This document shows positions 1-10,844 of a stretch of DNA of 31,377 nt, one piece after another. Source of the DNA: a virus (Duplodnaviria > Caudoviricetes). How positions within the stretch are numbered: position 1 is the stretch's first letter; the number at the start of each line of letters is the position of its first letter. A program made the translations under genes and the position numbers. The stretch lies in the IMG/VR virus record IMGVR_UViG_3300031519_000135, positions 1-31,377 of that record; one strand, 5' to 3'. Under the pieces are notes generated by a model. That model was not told where the DNA came from, did no database searches, and saw only the letters and a program-made list of their open reading frames with translations.

Positions 1-2
1 CT

Positions 3-3000
3 ACACAAAACTGGCAAGAAAACAGTGTTATTACATTAAGTCCGGCAGCTGAAACTATTAAGTTCTACAAAGACGATTATATTGTAGACAATATTTTTAA
101 TGAACTATATGCTGCTATTCCGCTTAACAGTAATGGCAAGCCTATCACACCTGCTAATTTAACTTATAGTAGAATTAACAAAGAATTTATATTACAACCT
201 AAAGATACTTTAGAAGGTATTTATTTTGCTAAGTTGCCTATTACACAAAAAGAACATATCATATTATTAGATAATGAAACAATATTTAAAGATGTAATAT
301 ACAACAAAGCTCAAGGGTATAGACAAGAAAGAATTAAAGTATTAGGTTACAGATCTAGCAACTGGGACGGTAGTATTAATGTTCCGGGATTTATTATTGA
401 AGATATATCAATCCACGATTGGGAAGAAAATACTGATTATAGTATTGGTGACATAGTAAAGTATAAAAGAGATTATTTCGTTGCTCTTGAAAATGTCCCC
501 GGTACACTTACATTAAATCTAGCAAACTGGGCACGATTACAAGACAAGCCTGAATCAGGTCTATATCCTAACTTTGAATACAAGATTAATCAGTTTGCTG
601 ATTTCTATGATCTTGATACAGATAACTTTGATGTTGAACAACAAACCTTTGCTCAACACCTTATTGGATATCAAAAAAGAAAATACTTACAAAACATTAT
701 TAAAGATGATGTAAGTCAGTATAAATTCTATCAAGGGTTTATTCAAGAAAAGGGCACAAAAAATGCATTAACAAAACTGTTTGATGCGTTAAGCAGTGCA
801 GGCGAAGATAGTTTAGAATTCTACGAAGAATGGGCATTGCGAGTAGGAACATACGGAGCAATTGACGGCGTTAAAGAGCTAGAATATATTTTAGATGAAT
901 CTAAATTTAATTTAAGTCCGCAACCTATAGAAATTGCAACAACTGCTCCTGTAGATAGTCTTGACTTAATCTACAGACAGCCTTTAACAGATGTGTATGT
1001 TTCACCGGAAGGATACAATCCGTTAAGAGCATTTCCGACACAAACAACTATTAACGAAGTTATTCCAACAGCAGGTTATGTGCATAGTGAAGATGTAGAC
1101 TACGAAGTTGCAACTTATGCAAGTATATTAGACTTAACAGCTACAGATTTATTAAACGGACAGTATATTTGGGTAGGTAACCGTGACGGTGAGTGGGATG
1201 TATTAAAATTTGTTAACACAGATCTAGTACCTACAATTTTCGATAGCGGCATTGATTCAAAGTTAATTTTTAATAATGCACATAACTTAGCAGTAGGTGA
1301 AATTTTTGTTATTTCAACAGAAGTATCTGGATCAGAAATTTTAAGAGCTGTAAAAAAGGTAGAAAACAATGCAGTCATAGTTAGTAAAATTACTATTACC
1401 GAAACTACTATGCCTATTAGAGTTTTTGTATCTAGAAGATTTGCTAACCTAGAAGCATTTTCTAACAGTATTAATCTTACTACAATTAATGATAAAATTT
1501 GGGTCGACCAAACAGACACCAACTGGGGTGTATATCAGCGTACGGAAGATAATTTTTCTAAAGTTTACACTAACACAGGTATTAACACTTGGTTGTCTGA
1601 CTACGATATTAACAGACGAAACACTGTTTTAACAGTAGGTAATAGTGCTGAGGATAAAGTTGAAGTATATGCTAGAGGTACAGATTCTATAGGTTACATA
1701 CTTGAAGGTGAAATTCTAGCAGATTCTAATTTAGCTGATACACAGAATTTTGGTAACACAGTTGCAATATCTCAAGACGGAAAATATATTGCAGTAGGAA
1801 GTCCAAGTGCAACAAATATTAAAACTAATATTATTGCAGATCCTTGGAATGAAACAATTGCTTATGATGCAGGCAATATTGTTTTACACAATAATTCTTA
1901 TTGGACTGCCACACAAGAGATTTTACCAGTTATTGGTTCACAAAATTACGGAACATTTGTAGCTTATCCAATTTTAAAAGATAACTTAGCAGATAGTACA
2001 CAGGGCAATTTCCTTGTTGCAGGTAACTATCCGATTGCTAATACAACAGCCAATCATTTCTTAATACGAGCTACTATTGAACAATATCGCGGGGTTCGTG
2101 TAGGAAGTGTACTAGAATTAGTATGGAACAGATATAGTGTAAGTAATATTAATCCCTTGTTGCAAACACAACCTTTTGAAAATACAGTTTCTGGATTAGA
2201 CTATAATTGGTTAACAGGTAGTCACATTGTTACAGACAGAGTTGATATGATCGTAACAGTCAACTTGGCACTAAATCAACCAGCAGTTGGTACTATTGTA
2301 GAAACAGGAACAGGTAAAGGAACAATTAGCTATCTTCATCCTACTGGCAACGGATATGTAATTTATCTAAACCAAACTTCCGGCAACTTTAGTGCCACTG
2401 GCTCATTGTCAACTGCACTCGGAGTTGTAATTGGCAATTACGAGTATGAAATTCCAGACGACACTCATGTTGAATTGGGCGGTTACTGGATGATTAGTAC
2501 TGATAGTATTTCTCCTAGTGGTGTTGAATTTAGAGATGTTATTATTGATAATACTCCAGGATTAGTTATTGTAGACATTGTTGATCCAGCTGACATAGGC
2601 AGAGCAACTGACACGTACTATTCAATTGGCGAAGACATTGGAGTTGTTGGTACAGCGCAGTCTGGAAACGACAAGGTTTCGTTGATTGGTAGATTTGAAG
2701 CATCTGCTGTAGAATACCCAATAGGATACGATGTTGGACATTTATGGTTTATTAGACTAGGTAACACTGCACCTAGTTTTGCACTAAATGATACTATTAG
2801 ACTGCAAGAAAATACCTTCTTGCAAAATATAAATTGGCCGGAGTTCGGCTTAGTTGGTCTTAGTAGCGAACCTATTTTTAATAACATTCATACAATTGGT
2901 TACGACAACAACAGCGTTGGTTTCCTTGACGGGTACATTAAAGTACAATTACAAGCTGACCAAGTTGGCTTACATAATTTTGTAAGAGGCGATGTATTAG

Positions 3001-6000
3001 AAGATGTAAACACAGGTGCCCTCATAGAGATATGGCATGCAAGTATAGATGCAGGCTCGCAAACACAAACATTGTATGTCAATTTTGCAGGAAATACTCC
3101 TACTTATGATTTAAGTTTAGGATCAGCGTACTCTAACAGTACTAGAATTGTAAGAAAGCGTGCCGGAGAAGTAGATCGCGATGCTGGATTTATGGTAGAA
3201 TCTAGTGTATACACATCTACTAATAATATTGGAAAATTAATAATATTCAATAGCAGAGAACAAACTAGTCCAATATATGATCTACCGCCAATAACTAATG
3301 ACCAATTTACTAGCTTAATTGAAAATTATGAATATTGGATTGTACCTGAACCAAAAGTACAAGCAGGTGAAGGCAGATTAGCAAATGAACCACTACCTAA
3401 TAATAGCGATTGGATATTTACAAATAGCATTCCAGTAGTTGCAGGCGGAAGTACAAACTTTCCTAATACAGGGTTTGTTTCAGTTTACGAAAGAATAGAA
3501 GCAGGCGCTTACTTCCCTGTATCAAAGTTTGTAATTCCAGGCGGATTTGATAATGTAGGTAAAACTTTAGAGTTTAGAAATGTAGACGAATTATATATTC
3601 TATACGTCGGATCAGATGACAAGATTATATTTGTTAAAAATGGCAGCGAAAATGGCATTACGTACAATTGGGAAATAAGTTTAGATAAAAACTTTAGAAA
3701 TACATTTAGCAATGTTGCTAATTATTATGTCGGTGACATTGTAATATATGATAATACAATATTTAAAGCATTATATCAAGCAATGACTAATATTGCTGCT
3801 GGTTCATGGAATGACAGTAATTGGCTACAATTAAGAGACGATATTGACTACACTGGCTACATTCCTAAAGATATAGCAGTCGGCACAGACACTAAATTGA
3901 TAACGGGGTTTGATGCTTTTGGAGAAAAATATTCAATTAGCGATGACGGAAAGGTATTAGCAGCATATGTTACTAGAGATGATGCAAGTGCTGATATAAA
4001 AGAAGATGATGAGATTGCTATCTACAGATATGTTAATAACAGTTATAGATTTTCAGACACTATTGTTATAACTGATACTTCTGTTAATGATCAAGAATAT
4101 ACACACAGCTTTGCAATGGATGCCTCTGGCACACATATTGCAATAGGGTCGTATAAAGAAGACACTATTAATGGTTATGATTCGGGATTTGTAAAACTTT
4201 ACAAGTATAACAATTTAACTTGGTCAGTAATTGATACAATTTACAGTCCAGAAACCGACAACGGCGAAAACTTTGGATACAACATTACGTTTGTTGGAAC
4301 AACATTAATAGTTTCAAGTCTATATGGCGACACTGTAACTGAAAGAGTGTTTACAGACGGCACATCATTTGATAATGGATTTACTAGATTTGTAGAAAAC
4401 GAGTACAACGTCGGAAGCATATATGTATTTGACAATATTAATGATGTATATGTTTATTCTAATAAAATTGATTCAACTGTTGATATTACAAAAGGACTAA
4501 CATCAAATGGTCTACATCTGTATGCTTCTAATAAAAGCGACACTACTACATTAGTAGATTATAGATTTACTGGAACCAGCACTTGGAATAAATTTAGAGA
4601 ACAACTTCCTATTGTTAATATTAATAAATTTAAAGGAACATTCCTTTATAACAAAAACTTAAACGAATTTATTTCTTACATTGATATTATTGATCCTATC
4701 CAAGGCAAGATTGCTGGACCTGCTGAACAAGAGCTTCGCTATAAATCAAGTTGGGATCCTGCTATCTTTACTAACGTTAGTGAAAATGATACAGTTAACG
4801 TTGATAAATTTAAATCCTGGGGCAAAGAACAAGTTGGTCAGTTATGGTGGGACATCAGTACTGCAAGATTTAAAAACCCGTACCAAGGAGATGCAGTATA
4901 CCAAACAAACACATGGAACACACTATTTAAAGGTAGTAGTATTGATGTATATGAATGGGTTGAAACAAATTACTCTCCTTCTGTATGGAACGAGATTGCT
5001 GATACCGAAGAAGGATTATCGTCAGGAGTAAGTGGACAAACAAAATACGACATTGACACTTATGTTCTTAAAAAGAAATATGATGCAATAACACAGAATT
5101 TTAGTAACAAATATTATTTCTGGGTTAAAAATAAAAAATCTATTCCGAATGTAAATGAAAGAGTAACGTCTTGCTATGATGTTGCTCAGTATATTATTGA
5201 TCCAAGAACAATAGGATACAAATATGCAGAATTGCAAACATCTAATAGATATGTTATTAATAATGTATTAAACGATATTAAAGGTAGAGACACTGTTGTT
5301 AACTTTACATGGTGGACTATACCAAATCAAGAGCTAAACATACACAATCAATATCAATTAGTAAGCGATGGTTTATATACCAGCAAACCTAATCAAGAGT
5401 TAGTAAATAAATGGATTGATAGTTTAGTTGGGTTTGATAAAAATCTTAAAGAAGTTCCGGATCCTGCATTATCACCTAAATTAAAATACGGAACATTATC
5501 TCGTCCTAGACAAAGTTGGTTTATTAATCGTCTTGAAGCACTTAAAACTGTAATTGAAAGAGCAAACTTAGCATTGCGTAAAACAATCGTTGTCGACGAC
5601 TTTGATTTATCAGATTTCTATAAGAAAGACGATGCTCCTTTAATCAGTAGTAGAATGTACGATTATGTAATTGCTGCTGATATTGATCTGCAATTTATTG
5701 GAACAAGCAAATATATAAAAGCAGTATTAACTCCTGTATTTGAAAACGGCAAACTAATAAGTGTTACAATTGCTAATCCGGGTAAAGGATATATAGACTT
5801 ATCTTATGAAGACGGCATAAGTATTGTCAGAAAAGGTCCAAAGATTACAGTCACAGGTAACGGGCTTGGCGCAGAAGTTGAATGTACTATTGATGCGCAA
5901 GGATCAGTTAATAGTGTCACTATTATAAAAGCCGGTACTGGATATAATCAAAATAGTTCGCTAGAAGTAAGAGCACTTGCTGCATTAATTAATAGTGATA

Positions 6001-9000
6001 TAACAATTGGCAACAAATGGTCGCTTGCTGAATTTAATCCAACGCTTAAAGTGTGGCAGCGCACAGTTACGCAAAACTATGATGTAACACTGTATTGGAG
6101 TTTTGTAGACTGGTATGCTACTGGATATACTCAATTTACAGATAAAAACTATATCATTGATTATGCATATGAGCTAGAGCAATTAAATGATAGAATAGGC
6201 GATGTAGTTAAAATTAACAATGTAGGCACAGGCGGTTGGTTGCTACTTAAAAAAGTAGATGACAAATCAGCAGTTGACTACAGCATAAACTACGAAACTA
6301 TTGGTAGAGAAAACGGTACTATTGAAATAACAAGGGGACTATATGACTTTGAAGATACAATAAGTGGTTATGACGGTTACAGTTACGACATTTCAATATA
6401 TGACGGCGTTCCTGTAACTGAAACAAGAATTATATTAAATGCACTACTTGATAAAGTCTTTGTTGATAATTTAGAAATTGAATACAATAAAGTATTCATG
6501 GCAAGTTTAAGATATGTATTAAGTGAAGGACAAAAGCCTGATTGGTTGTTTAAAACTAGTTTTGTAAAAGCAAAATATAACTTTGGTGAACTAGAGCAAA
6601 AAACACATTATCAAAATGATAACTTGTCAAGTTATCAAGACTATATTAATGAAGTTAAACCCTATAAGACAACTATAAGAGAATATATAAGTTCTTACAA
6701 CAAGGTAGACGAATATAGTTCACAAATCAGTGACTTTGATTTAATGCCTTGGTATAGCGAAACAAAAGGAAAAATATCTCCACAAAATGCTAGAGTAGTA
6801 AACGGCTCTATTGTATTAGAAGGTGCAGATGCGTATCCGTGGAAAAGCTGGTTTGACAATGCAACTTATTATGTAGAAAAAATTGAAATAAGCAATGCAG
6901 GTTCTAACTTTACATCAACTCCTATAATTACACTTCAAGGCGGCGGTGGCACTGGTGCCACAGCAGTTGCATACATCAGCAGAGGAAAAATTACAAGTAT
7001 TGATGTAGTAACCGTAGGACAGGGATACACAAGTGCTCCAACAGTTATAATCAATGGCAGTCAAACAGAAGGCGGCATTACTGCTAGTGCAACTGCCATT
7101 ATTAACAACGATACTGTTAGAAAAATTAAAACTACATTAAAGTTTGACAGAACTAGTGGTGAAATTGTTTATCTAGCCCTTAACAAATCACAAAGTTTTG
7201 TATCTACAAGTAATCAACAAAAATTTAATTTAACTTGGCCCTTAGATCTAAAACAAAACTTGATTCAAGTAACAGTTGATGGCGAAGAGGCATTGCGTAG
7301 CGAATATACATTTGGCAATGTTATAGATACAACAGCTTCGCATACTATCTATAGAGGTTACATACAATTTACAGATCCGTTAATTCAAAATAAAACGGTC
7401 ATTATAACATACAGTATTGATCCAGCAATGTTATCGGCTGCTGATAGAATACATAATCTTTACAAGCCAATGTCTGGTATGCCAGGTTACAATCAACTAG
7501 TTAAAGATCTAAGTCAAGTTCTTGACGGAGTTGATTACGGTGGTGTAGAAATTACTAGCTTTGACTTTGATACAGAAGCTGGATGGGACGCTAACGAGTG
7601 GTATACTACAACATGGGATACATTTGGCGGAACTTACGAGGATGAGTTATTTACAATTACAACTGGACAACAAGAAGTTACTCTAGCAGCACCCCTTGAA
7701 GTAGGAGTAGTTTACACGCTTTATGTAAACGAAGTTAGAATAGACGATCCTCAATTTGATGCAGCTACTCCGACTAACCCAGATGCTATTACTAATAGTA
7801 TAACCGGTGACGGTACAACTACTACTGTTAATATTAGTACATTTGGATTAACAACTGGTGATAAACTTATTGTGCGCAAAATAACCAGTGATGGAACATT
7901 CCTTCCTGATGGCACTAGTTACGATGCCCAATTGTCAGGCGGCACATTTGCATACGGTAATGCAAAAGGTATTGCAGCCGGCGAAATCATTGTTGACGGT
8001 GACGGATTTGTTACTCCTACTACATCTCGTAGTACAGACGAGCATGTTCCTGGACAAGTACTAGATACAGTAGATATTAAAGTATATGACAGAACTGGAT
8101 CAGGACAAGGCGTAGTAGTAACTAGAACACATTGGTTTAATGCAGATGCAGAGTATACAACTCTTGCACTAAAACACCAGCAGCTTGATATACTACAGCA
8201 ACAGTATAATGAAAACTTAGAAGACGAAAACTTACGAGACGCTGTAATTGCTAAACAACTAGAAGTAGATCAAGCACAAGCAGCATTAGATGCACTTCTA
8301 GTTCCTTTAGATATAGGATTAACACCTTTAAAACAAGAAAACTTAATTGTAAGAATTAGCAACAGCACAAATGCTAATACTGTACTTAGAAAAACAGACT
8401 ATACAATTGACTATGTTAACAAAACAGTTACGTTAAATGTTGCTCCAGCAAGTAGAACAACAATTACTACGTTAGTTATAGGGGTCAACGGAACTGATAT
8501 TATTAGTAGCGGTACATTTACAGGTGACGGTAATACAACGCAATTCCTAACTTCGTTAACTTATCAAGAAGGATTAACTTCTATAATAACAGTAAACGGA
8601 CAAAAAAGAAGTACGATTGTGTCATCGGGTGAAGTAGCAGACGTAGTGTTAATACAGAGCACAAGCGAGTACGAAATTGAAAATGCAGTAATACTTGAGT
8701 TTGGCGAAGCACCTGAAGCCGGAAGTTTAATTAGTTATGCAGTATATTCAAACGAAACGCAAACATTTAGTGAAATTACCGTCGATGAACTACAAGCAGA
8801 CGGAAGTACAACTACCTACACATTAAGTCAACAGCCGTTTAATAAACTACCTGCAGACATACATACGTTAGTTATTGTAAATGGTGCATTGCTAGATACC
8901 GGTTATAACACTAGATTTACAACTACAATAGATACCTTTTATCCGTTAACCCAGTGGAACGTTCCGTATTTTAGTAAAACGCCTGAGCAAATTGACGTTT

Positions 9001-10205
9001 ATATTAATGGTATATTACAATCGCACACAGTAAGCTATAGATGGTATACAGAAAACAGTACACTAGAAATATTCACTGGATACTTTGAAATAGGCGATAC
9101 CATTGAAGTATATACTAGAAACGACAACTACAGAATATCTAATAGTGAGTTAGAATTGTTAAGCATAGTGCCGTCAGGTATGATACTAGTTTATCAATTT
9201 AGTAATCACGATGTTTTAGATATTAAAAGATCTACAACTGAATCGCTAAGACGCAATTCACTAGTAGTAGGATCAGAAGAATGGAAAGCATATAGTGAAT
9301 CGTCGCTAGGTATAATTCCATTAGGATCTAGCGTAATTAATGAAGGATATGTTTGGATCGCACTAAATGGTGAATTACTAAGTCCAACTGTAGATTACGG
9401 TCTGCTTCCGGACTACACCAGTGTTAAGATCTATAGAGATATTCCTTACGGTGCTAAAATTGATGTTATTCATTTTAGTGGAGCAGTATCTACTAACAGA
9501 TTTGGCTACAGACAGTTTAAGGATATTCTAAATAGAACACACTATAAGCGTATTAACAGCTTGAGTGAAACTAAGTTGGCCCAAGACCTAAGTATTACTG
9601 ATTTAAGAATCTATGTTGATGACGGGTCTAAACTAGATGCTCCTAATAAGAATTTAAATCTTCCAGGGATTATATTTGTTAACGGAGAGCGTATAGAATA
9701 TTTTGTTAAAGAAGAAAATATTCTAAGACAAATCCACCGCGGAACATTGGGTACTGGTGTTAACGCACTAGTAACAGCCGGAACAACAGTAAGCAGTCAA
9801 GGTGCAGGAGAAACTGTTCCTTATAGAGATCAGACATTAATTACTAATTTAATCGGCAATGGCGTTAGCAATGAGTTTGAGTTAGACTTCTCGGCACAGT
9901 ACGGAGTTAATCAATTTGAAGTATTTGTTGAAGGCAAGAGATTGCGTAAAACAGAAATACAAAAATTTAATTCTACAATTGACCAAGTAAGTCCTGAAGG
10001 CGACGAAACATTGCCGGCAGAATTTAGCGTAGCTGGTACAGAAGACAATATTTTAAGATTATTAAATGTTCCAAATGCAGGTGCGCAAATTAAAGTTGTA
10101 AGAAAAGTAGGAACACAGTGGAGACAAGAAGGTGTGTCCTTAAAAGACAGTAAAACAAAAATTGGCTCGTTCTTAAGAAACGGGGTTGCGGGTTTACCCG
10201 AATAA
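3..10205 (+). CDS. Giant virion structural protein (baseplate wedge/adhesin-like), 5'-truncated, at least 3400 aa
   Basis: The frame is open from position 3 (TQNWQENSVITLSPAA...), so the TTG at 234 is not the true start; stop TAA at 10203-10205. It contains CBM5/12-like motifs (WEENTDYSIGDIVKY, WNETIAYDAGNIVLH, FSNVANYYVGDIVIY), FG-GAP-like propeller blades (FGNTVAISQDGKYIAVGSP), Gly-rich repeats typical of T4-like virion proteins (GGGGTGATAVA...ITSIDVVTVGQGYTSAPTV) and C-terminal GDG-T-x-x-F beta repeats. It lies directly upstream of the tail fibre genes. Confidence 0.8.
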   Translation, partial: TQNWQENSVITLSPAAETIKFYKDDYIVDNIFNELYAAIPLNSNGKPITPANLTYSRINKEFILQPKDTLEGIYFAKLPITQKEHIILLDNETIFKDVIYNKAQGYRQERIKVLGYRSSNWDGSINVPGFIIEDISIHDWEENTDYSIGDIVKYKRDYFVALENVPGTLTLNLANWARLQDKPESGLYPNFEYKINQFADFYDLDTDNFDVEQQTFAQHLIGYQKRKYLQNIIKDDVSQYKFYQGFIQEKGTKNALTKLFDALSSAGEDSLEFYEEWALRVGTYGAIDGVKELEYILDESKFNLSPQPIEIATTAPVDSLDLIYRQPLTDVYVSPEGYNPLRAFPTQTTINEVIPTAGYVHSEDVDYEVATYASILDLTATDLLNGQYIWVGNRDGEWDVLKFVNTDLVPTIFDSGIDSKLIFNNAHNLAVGEIFVISTEVSGSEILRAVKKVENNAVIVSKITITETTMPIRVFVSRRFANLEAFSNSINLTTINDKIWVDQTDTNWGVYQRTEDNFSKVYTNTGINTWLSDYDINRRNTVLTVGNSAEDKVEVYARGTDSIGYILEGEILADSNLADTQNFGNTVAISQDGKYIAVGSPSATNIKTNIIADPWNETIAYDAGNIVLHNNSYWTATQEILPVIGSQNYGTFVAYPILKDNLADSTQGNFLVAGNYPIANTTANHFLIRATIEQYRGVRVGSVLELVWNRYSVSNINPLLQTQPFENTVSGLDYNWLTGSHIVTDRVDMIVTVNLALNQPAVGTIVETGTGKGTISYLHPTGNGYVIYLNQTSGNFSATGSLSTALGVVIGNYEYEIPDDTHVELGGYWMISTDSISPSGVEFRDVIIDNTPGLVIVDIVDPADIGRATDTYYSIGEDIGVVGTAQSGNDKVSLIGRFEASAVEYPIGYDVGHLWFIRLGNTAPSFALNDTIRLQENTFLQNINWPEFGLVGLSSEPIFNNIHTIGYDNNSVGFLDGYIKVQLQADQVGLHNFVRGDVLEDVNTGALIEIWHASIDAGSQTQTLYVNFAGNTPTYDLSLGSAYSNSTRIVRKRAGEVDRDAGFMVESSVYTSTNNIGKLIIFNSREQTSPIYDLPPITNDQFTSLIENYEYWIVPEPKVQAGEGRLANEPLPNNSDWIFTNSIPVVAGGSTNFPNTGFVSVYERIEAGAYFPVSKFVIPGGFDNVGKTLEFRNVDELYILYVGSDDKIIFVKNGSENGITYNWEISLDKNFRNTFSNVANYYVGDIVIYDNTIFKALYQAMTNIAAGSWNDSNWLQLRDDIDYTGYIPKDIAVGTDTKLITGFDAFGEKYSISDDGKVLAAYVTRDDASADIKEDDEIAIYRYVNNSYRFSDTIVITDTSVNDQEYTHSFAMDASGTHIAIGSYKEDTINGYDSGFVKLYKYNNLTWSVIDTIYSPETDNGENFGYNITFVGTTLIVSSLYGDTVTERVFTDGTSFDNGFTRFVENEYNVGSIYVFDNINDVYVYSNKIDSTVDITKGLTSNGLHLYASNKSDTTTLVDYRFTGTSTWNKFREQLPIVNINKFKGTFLYNKNLNEFISYIDIIDPIQGKIAGPAEQELRYKSSWDPAIFTNVSENDTVNVDKFKSWGKEQVGQLWWDISTARFKNPYQGDAVYQTNTWNTLFKGSSIDVYEWVETNYSPSVWNEIADTEEGLSSGVSGQTKYDIDTYVLKKKYDAITQNFSNKYYFWVKNKKSIPNVNERVTSCYDVAQYIIDPRTIGYKYAELQTSNRYVINNVLNDIKGRDTVVNFTWWTIPNQELNIHNQYQLVSDGLYTSKPNQELVNKWIDSLVGFDKNLKEVPDPALSPKLKYGTLSRPRQSWFINRLEALKTVIERANLALRKTIVVDDFDLSDFYKKDDAPLISSRMYDYVIAADIDLQFIGTSKYIKAVLTPVFENGKLISVTIANPGKGYIDLSYEDGISIVRKGPKITVTGNGLGAEVECTIDAQGSVNSVTIIKAGTGYNQNSSLEVRALAALINSDITIGNKWSLAEFNPTLKVWQRTVTQNYDVTLYWSFVDWYATGYTQFTDKNYIIDYAYELEQLNDRIGDVVKINNVGTGGWLLLKKVDDKSAVDYSINYETIGRENGTIEITRGLYDFEDTISGYDGYSYDISIYDGVPVTETRIILNALLDKVFVDNLEIEYNKVFMASLRYVLSEGQKPDWLFKTSFVKAKYNFGELEQKTHYQNDNLSSYQDYINEVKPYKTTIREYISSYNKVDEYSSQISDFDLMPWYSETKGKISPQNARVVNGSIVLEGADAYPWKSWFDNATYYVEKIEISNAGSNFTSTPIITLQGGGGTGATAVAYISRGKITSIDVVTVGQGYTSAPTVIINGSQTEGGITASATAIINNDTVRKIKTTLKFDRTSGEIVYLALNKSQSFVSTSNQQKFNLTWPLDLKQNLIQVTVDGEEALRSEYTFGNVIDTTASHTIYRGYIQFTDPLIQNKTVIITYSIDPAMLSAADRIHNLYKPMSGMPGYNQLVKDLSQVLDGVDYGGVEITSFDFDTEAGWDANEWYTTTWDTFGGTYEDELFTITTGQQEVTLAAPLEVGVVYTLYVNEVRIDDPQFDAATPTNPDAITNSITGDGTTTTVNISTFGLTTGDKLIVRKITSDGTFLPDGTSYDAQLSGGTFAYGNAKGIAAGEIIVDGDGFVTPTTSRSTDEHVPGQVLDTVDIKVYDRTGSGQGVVVTRTHWFNADAEYTTLALKHQQLDILQQQYNENLEDENLRDAVIAKQLEVDQAQAALDALLVPLDIGLTPLKQENLIVRISNSTNANTVLRKTDYTIDYVNKTVTLNVAPASRTTITTLVIGVNGTDIISSGTFTGDGNTTQFLTSLTYQEGLTSIITVNGQKRSTIVSSGEVADVVLIQSTSEYEIENAVILEFGEAPEAGSLISYAVYSNETQTFSEITVDELQADGSTTTYTLSQQPFNKLPADIHTLVIVNGALLDTGYNTRFTTTIDTFYPLTQWNVPYFSKTPEQIDVYINGILQSHTVSYRWYTENSTLEIFTGYFEIGDTIEVYTRNDNYRISNSELELLSIVPSGMILVYQFSNHDVLDIKRSTTESLRRNSLVVGSEEWKAYSESSLGIIPLGSSVINEGYVWIALNGELLSPTVDYGLLPDYTSVKIYRDIPYGAKIDVIHFSGAVSTNRFGYRQFKDILNRTHYKRINSLSETKLAQDLSITDLRIYVDDGSKLDAPNKNLNLPGIIFVNGERIEYFVKEENILRQIHRGTLGTGVNALVTAGTTVSSQGAGETVPYRDQTLITNLIGNGVSNEFELDFSAQYGVNQFEVFVEGKRLRKTEIQKFNSTIDQVSPEGDETLPAEFSVAGTEDNILRLLNVPNAGAQIKVVRKVGTQWRQEGVSLKDSKTKIGSFLRNGVAGLPE

Positions 10206-10208
10206 ATA
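10201..10208 (+). promoter_or_regulatory. T4-like late promoter variant (AATAAATA)
   Basis: 7/8 match to the T4 late consensus TATAAATA. It overlaps the upstream stop codon and lies about 30 nt before the ATG at 10239, the same placement as at 14702 and 16197. Confidence 0.55.
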
Positions 10209-10238
10209 CAGTAGTAAACTGAAAGTGAGAAATTAACT

Positions 10239-10841
10239 ATGTTGCATGATAAACACGGTGTTATGGTTCAAGGTCATATTAAAATACATGATCCGGAGTC
10301 TGGAGAAGTCTTAATAGACAAAAGAAATGCTATTCATTATGAAAATATGAGTATAGCATTAGCAGAGAGTATTGCTAACCAAGGCAACGGCTTTATTTGG
10401 AGCATGGATTTTGGCAACGGCGGTACTAATTTAGATCCTAGCGGTGTTATTACATATCTAACTCCTAACAGTACAGGCACTAATGCAAGCCTTTATAATA
10501 AAACTTTTGGCAAAATAGTTGCAGATAGTCCATCTAATACAGATAAAGTTAGAAATAAGATTGAAACACGCCATGTTAGTGGTACTAATTACACCGATGT
10601 GTTTATTACTTGTTTATTAGACTACGGTGAGCCAGAAGGGCAGTCGGCTTTTGATACAACAGACAGTAATGAAAGTCTGTATGTATTTGACGAATTAGGA
10701 TTACGTAGTTATTCTGCAACAGGTGAAGGAAAATTAATTACTCACGTTATTTTTCACCCTGTACAGAAGTCTCTTAACAGACTGATTCAAATTGACTATA
10801 CAGTTAGAATACAGAGTTTAACTGGATTTAACGAGGGATAA
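10239..10841 (+). CDS. Virion structural protein, possible baseplate/tail-fibre attachment protein
   Basis: 200-aa ORF between the giant protein and the fibres. The C-terminal FDELGL...GKLITH...QK pattern resembles baseplate-attachment domains of the P2 gpH/DUF3751 type (judged by eye). Confidence 0.6.
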   Translation: MLHDKHGVMVQGHIKIHDPESGEVLIDKRNAIHYENMSIALAESIANQGNGFIWSMDFGNGGTNLDPSGVITYLTPNSTGTNASLYNKTFGKIVADSPSNTDKVRNKIETRHVSGTNYTDVFITCLLDYGEPEGQSAFDTTDSNESLYVFDELGLRSYSATGEGKLITHVIFHPVQKSLNRLIQIDYTVRIQSLTGFNEG

Positions 10842-10844
10842 TAG

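Noticed and set aside
234-236. TTG start given for the 3323-aa ORF
   Set aside because: The frame is open back to position 3 and there is no SD before 234, so the gene begins upstream of the window.
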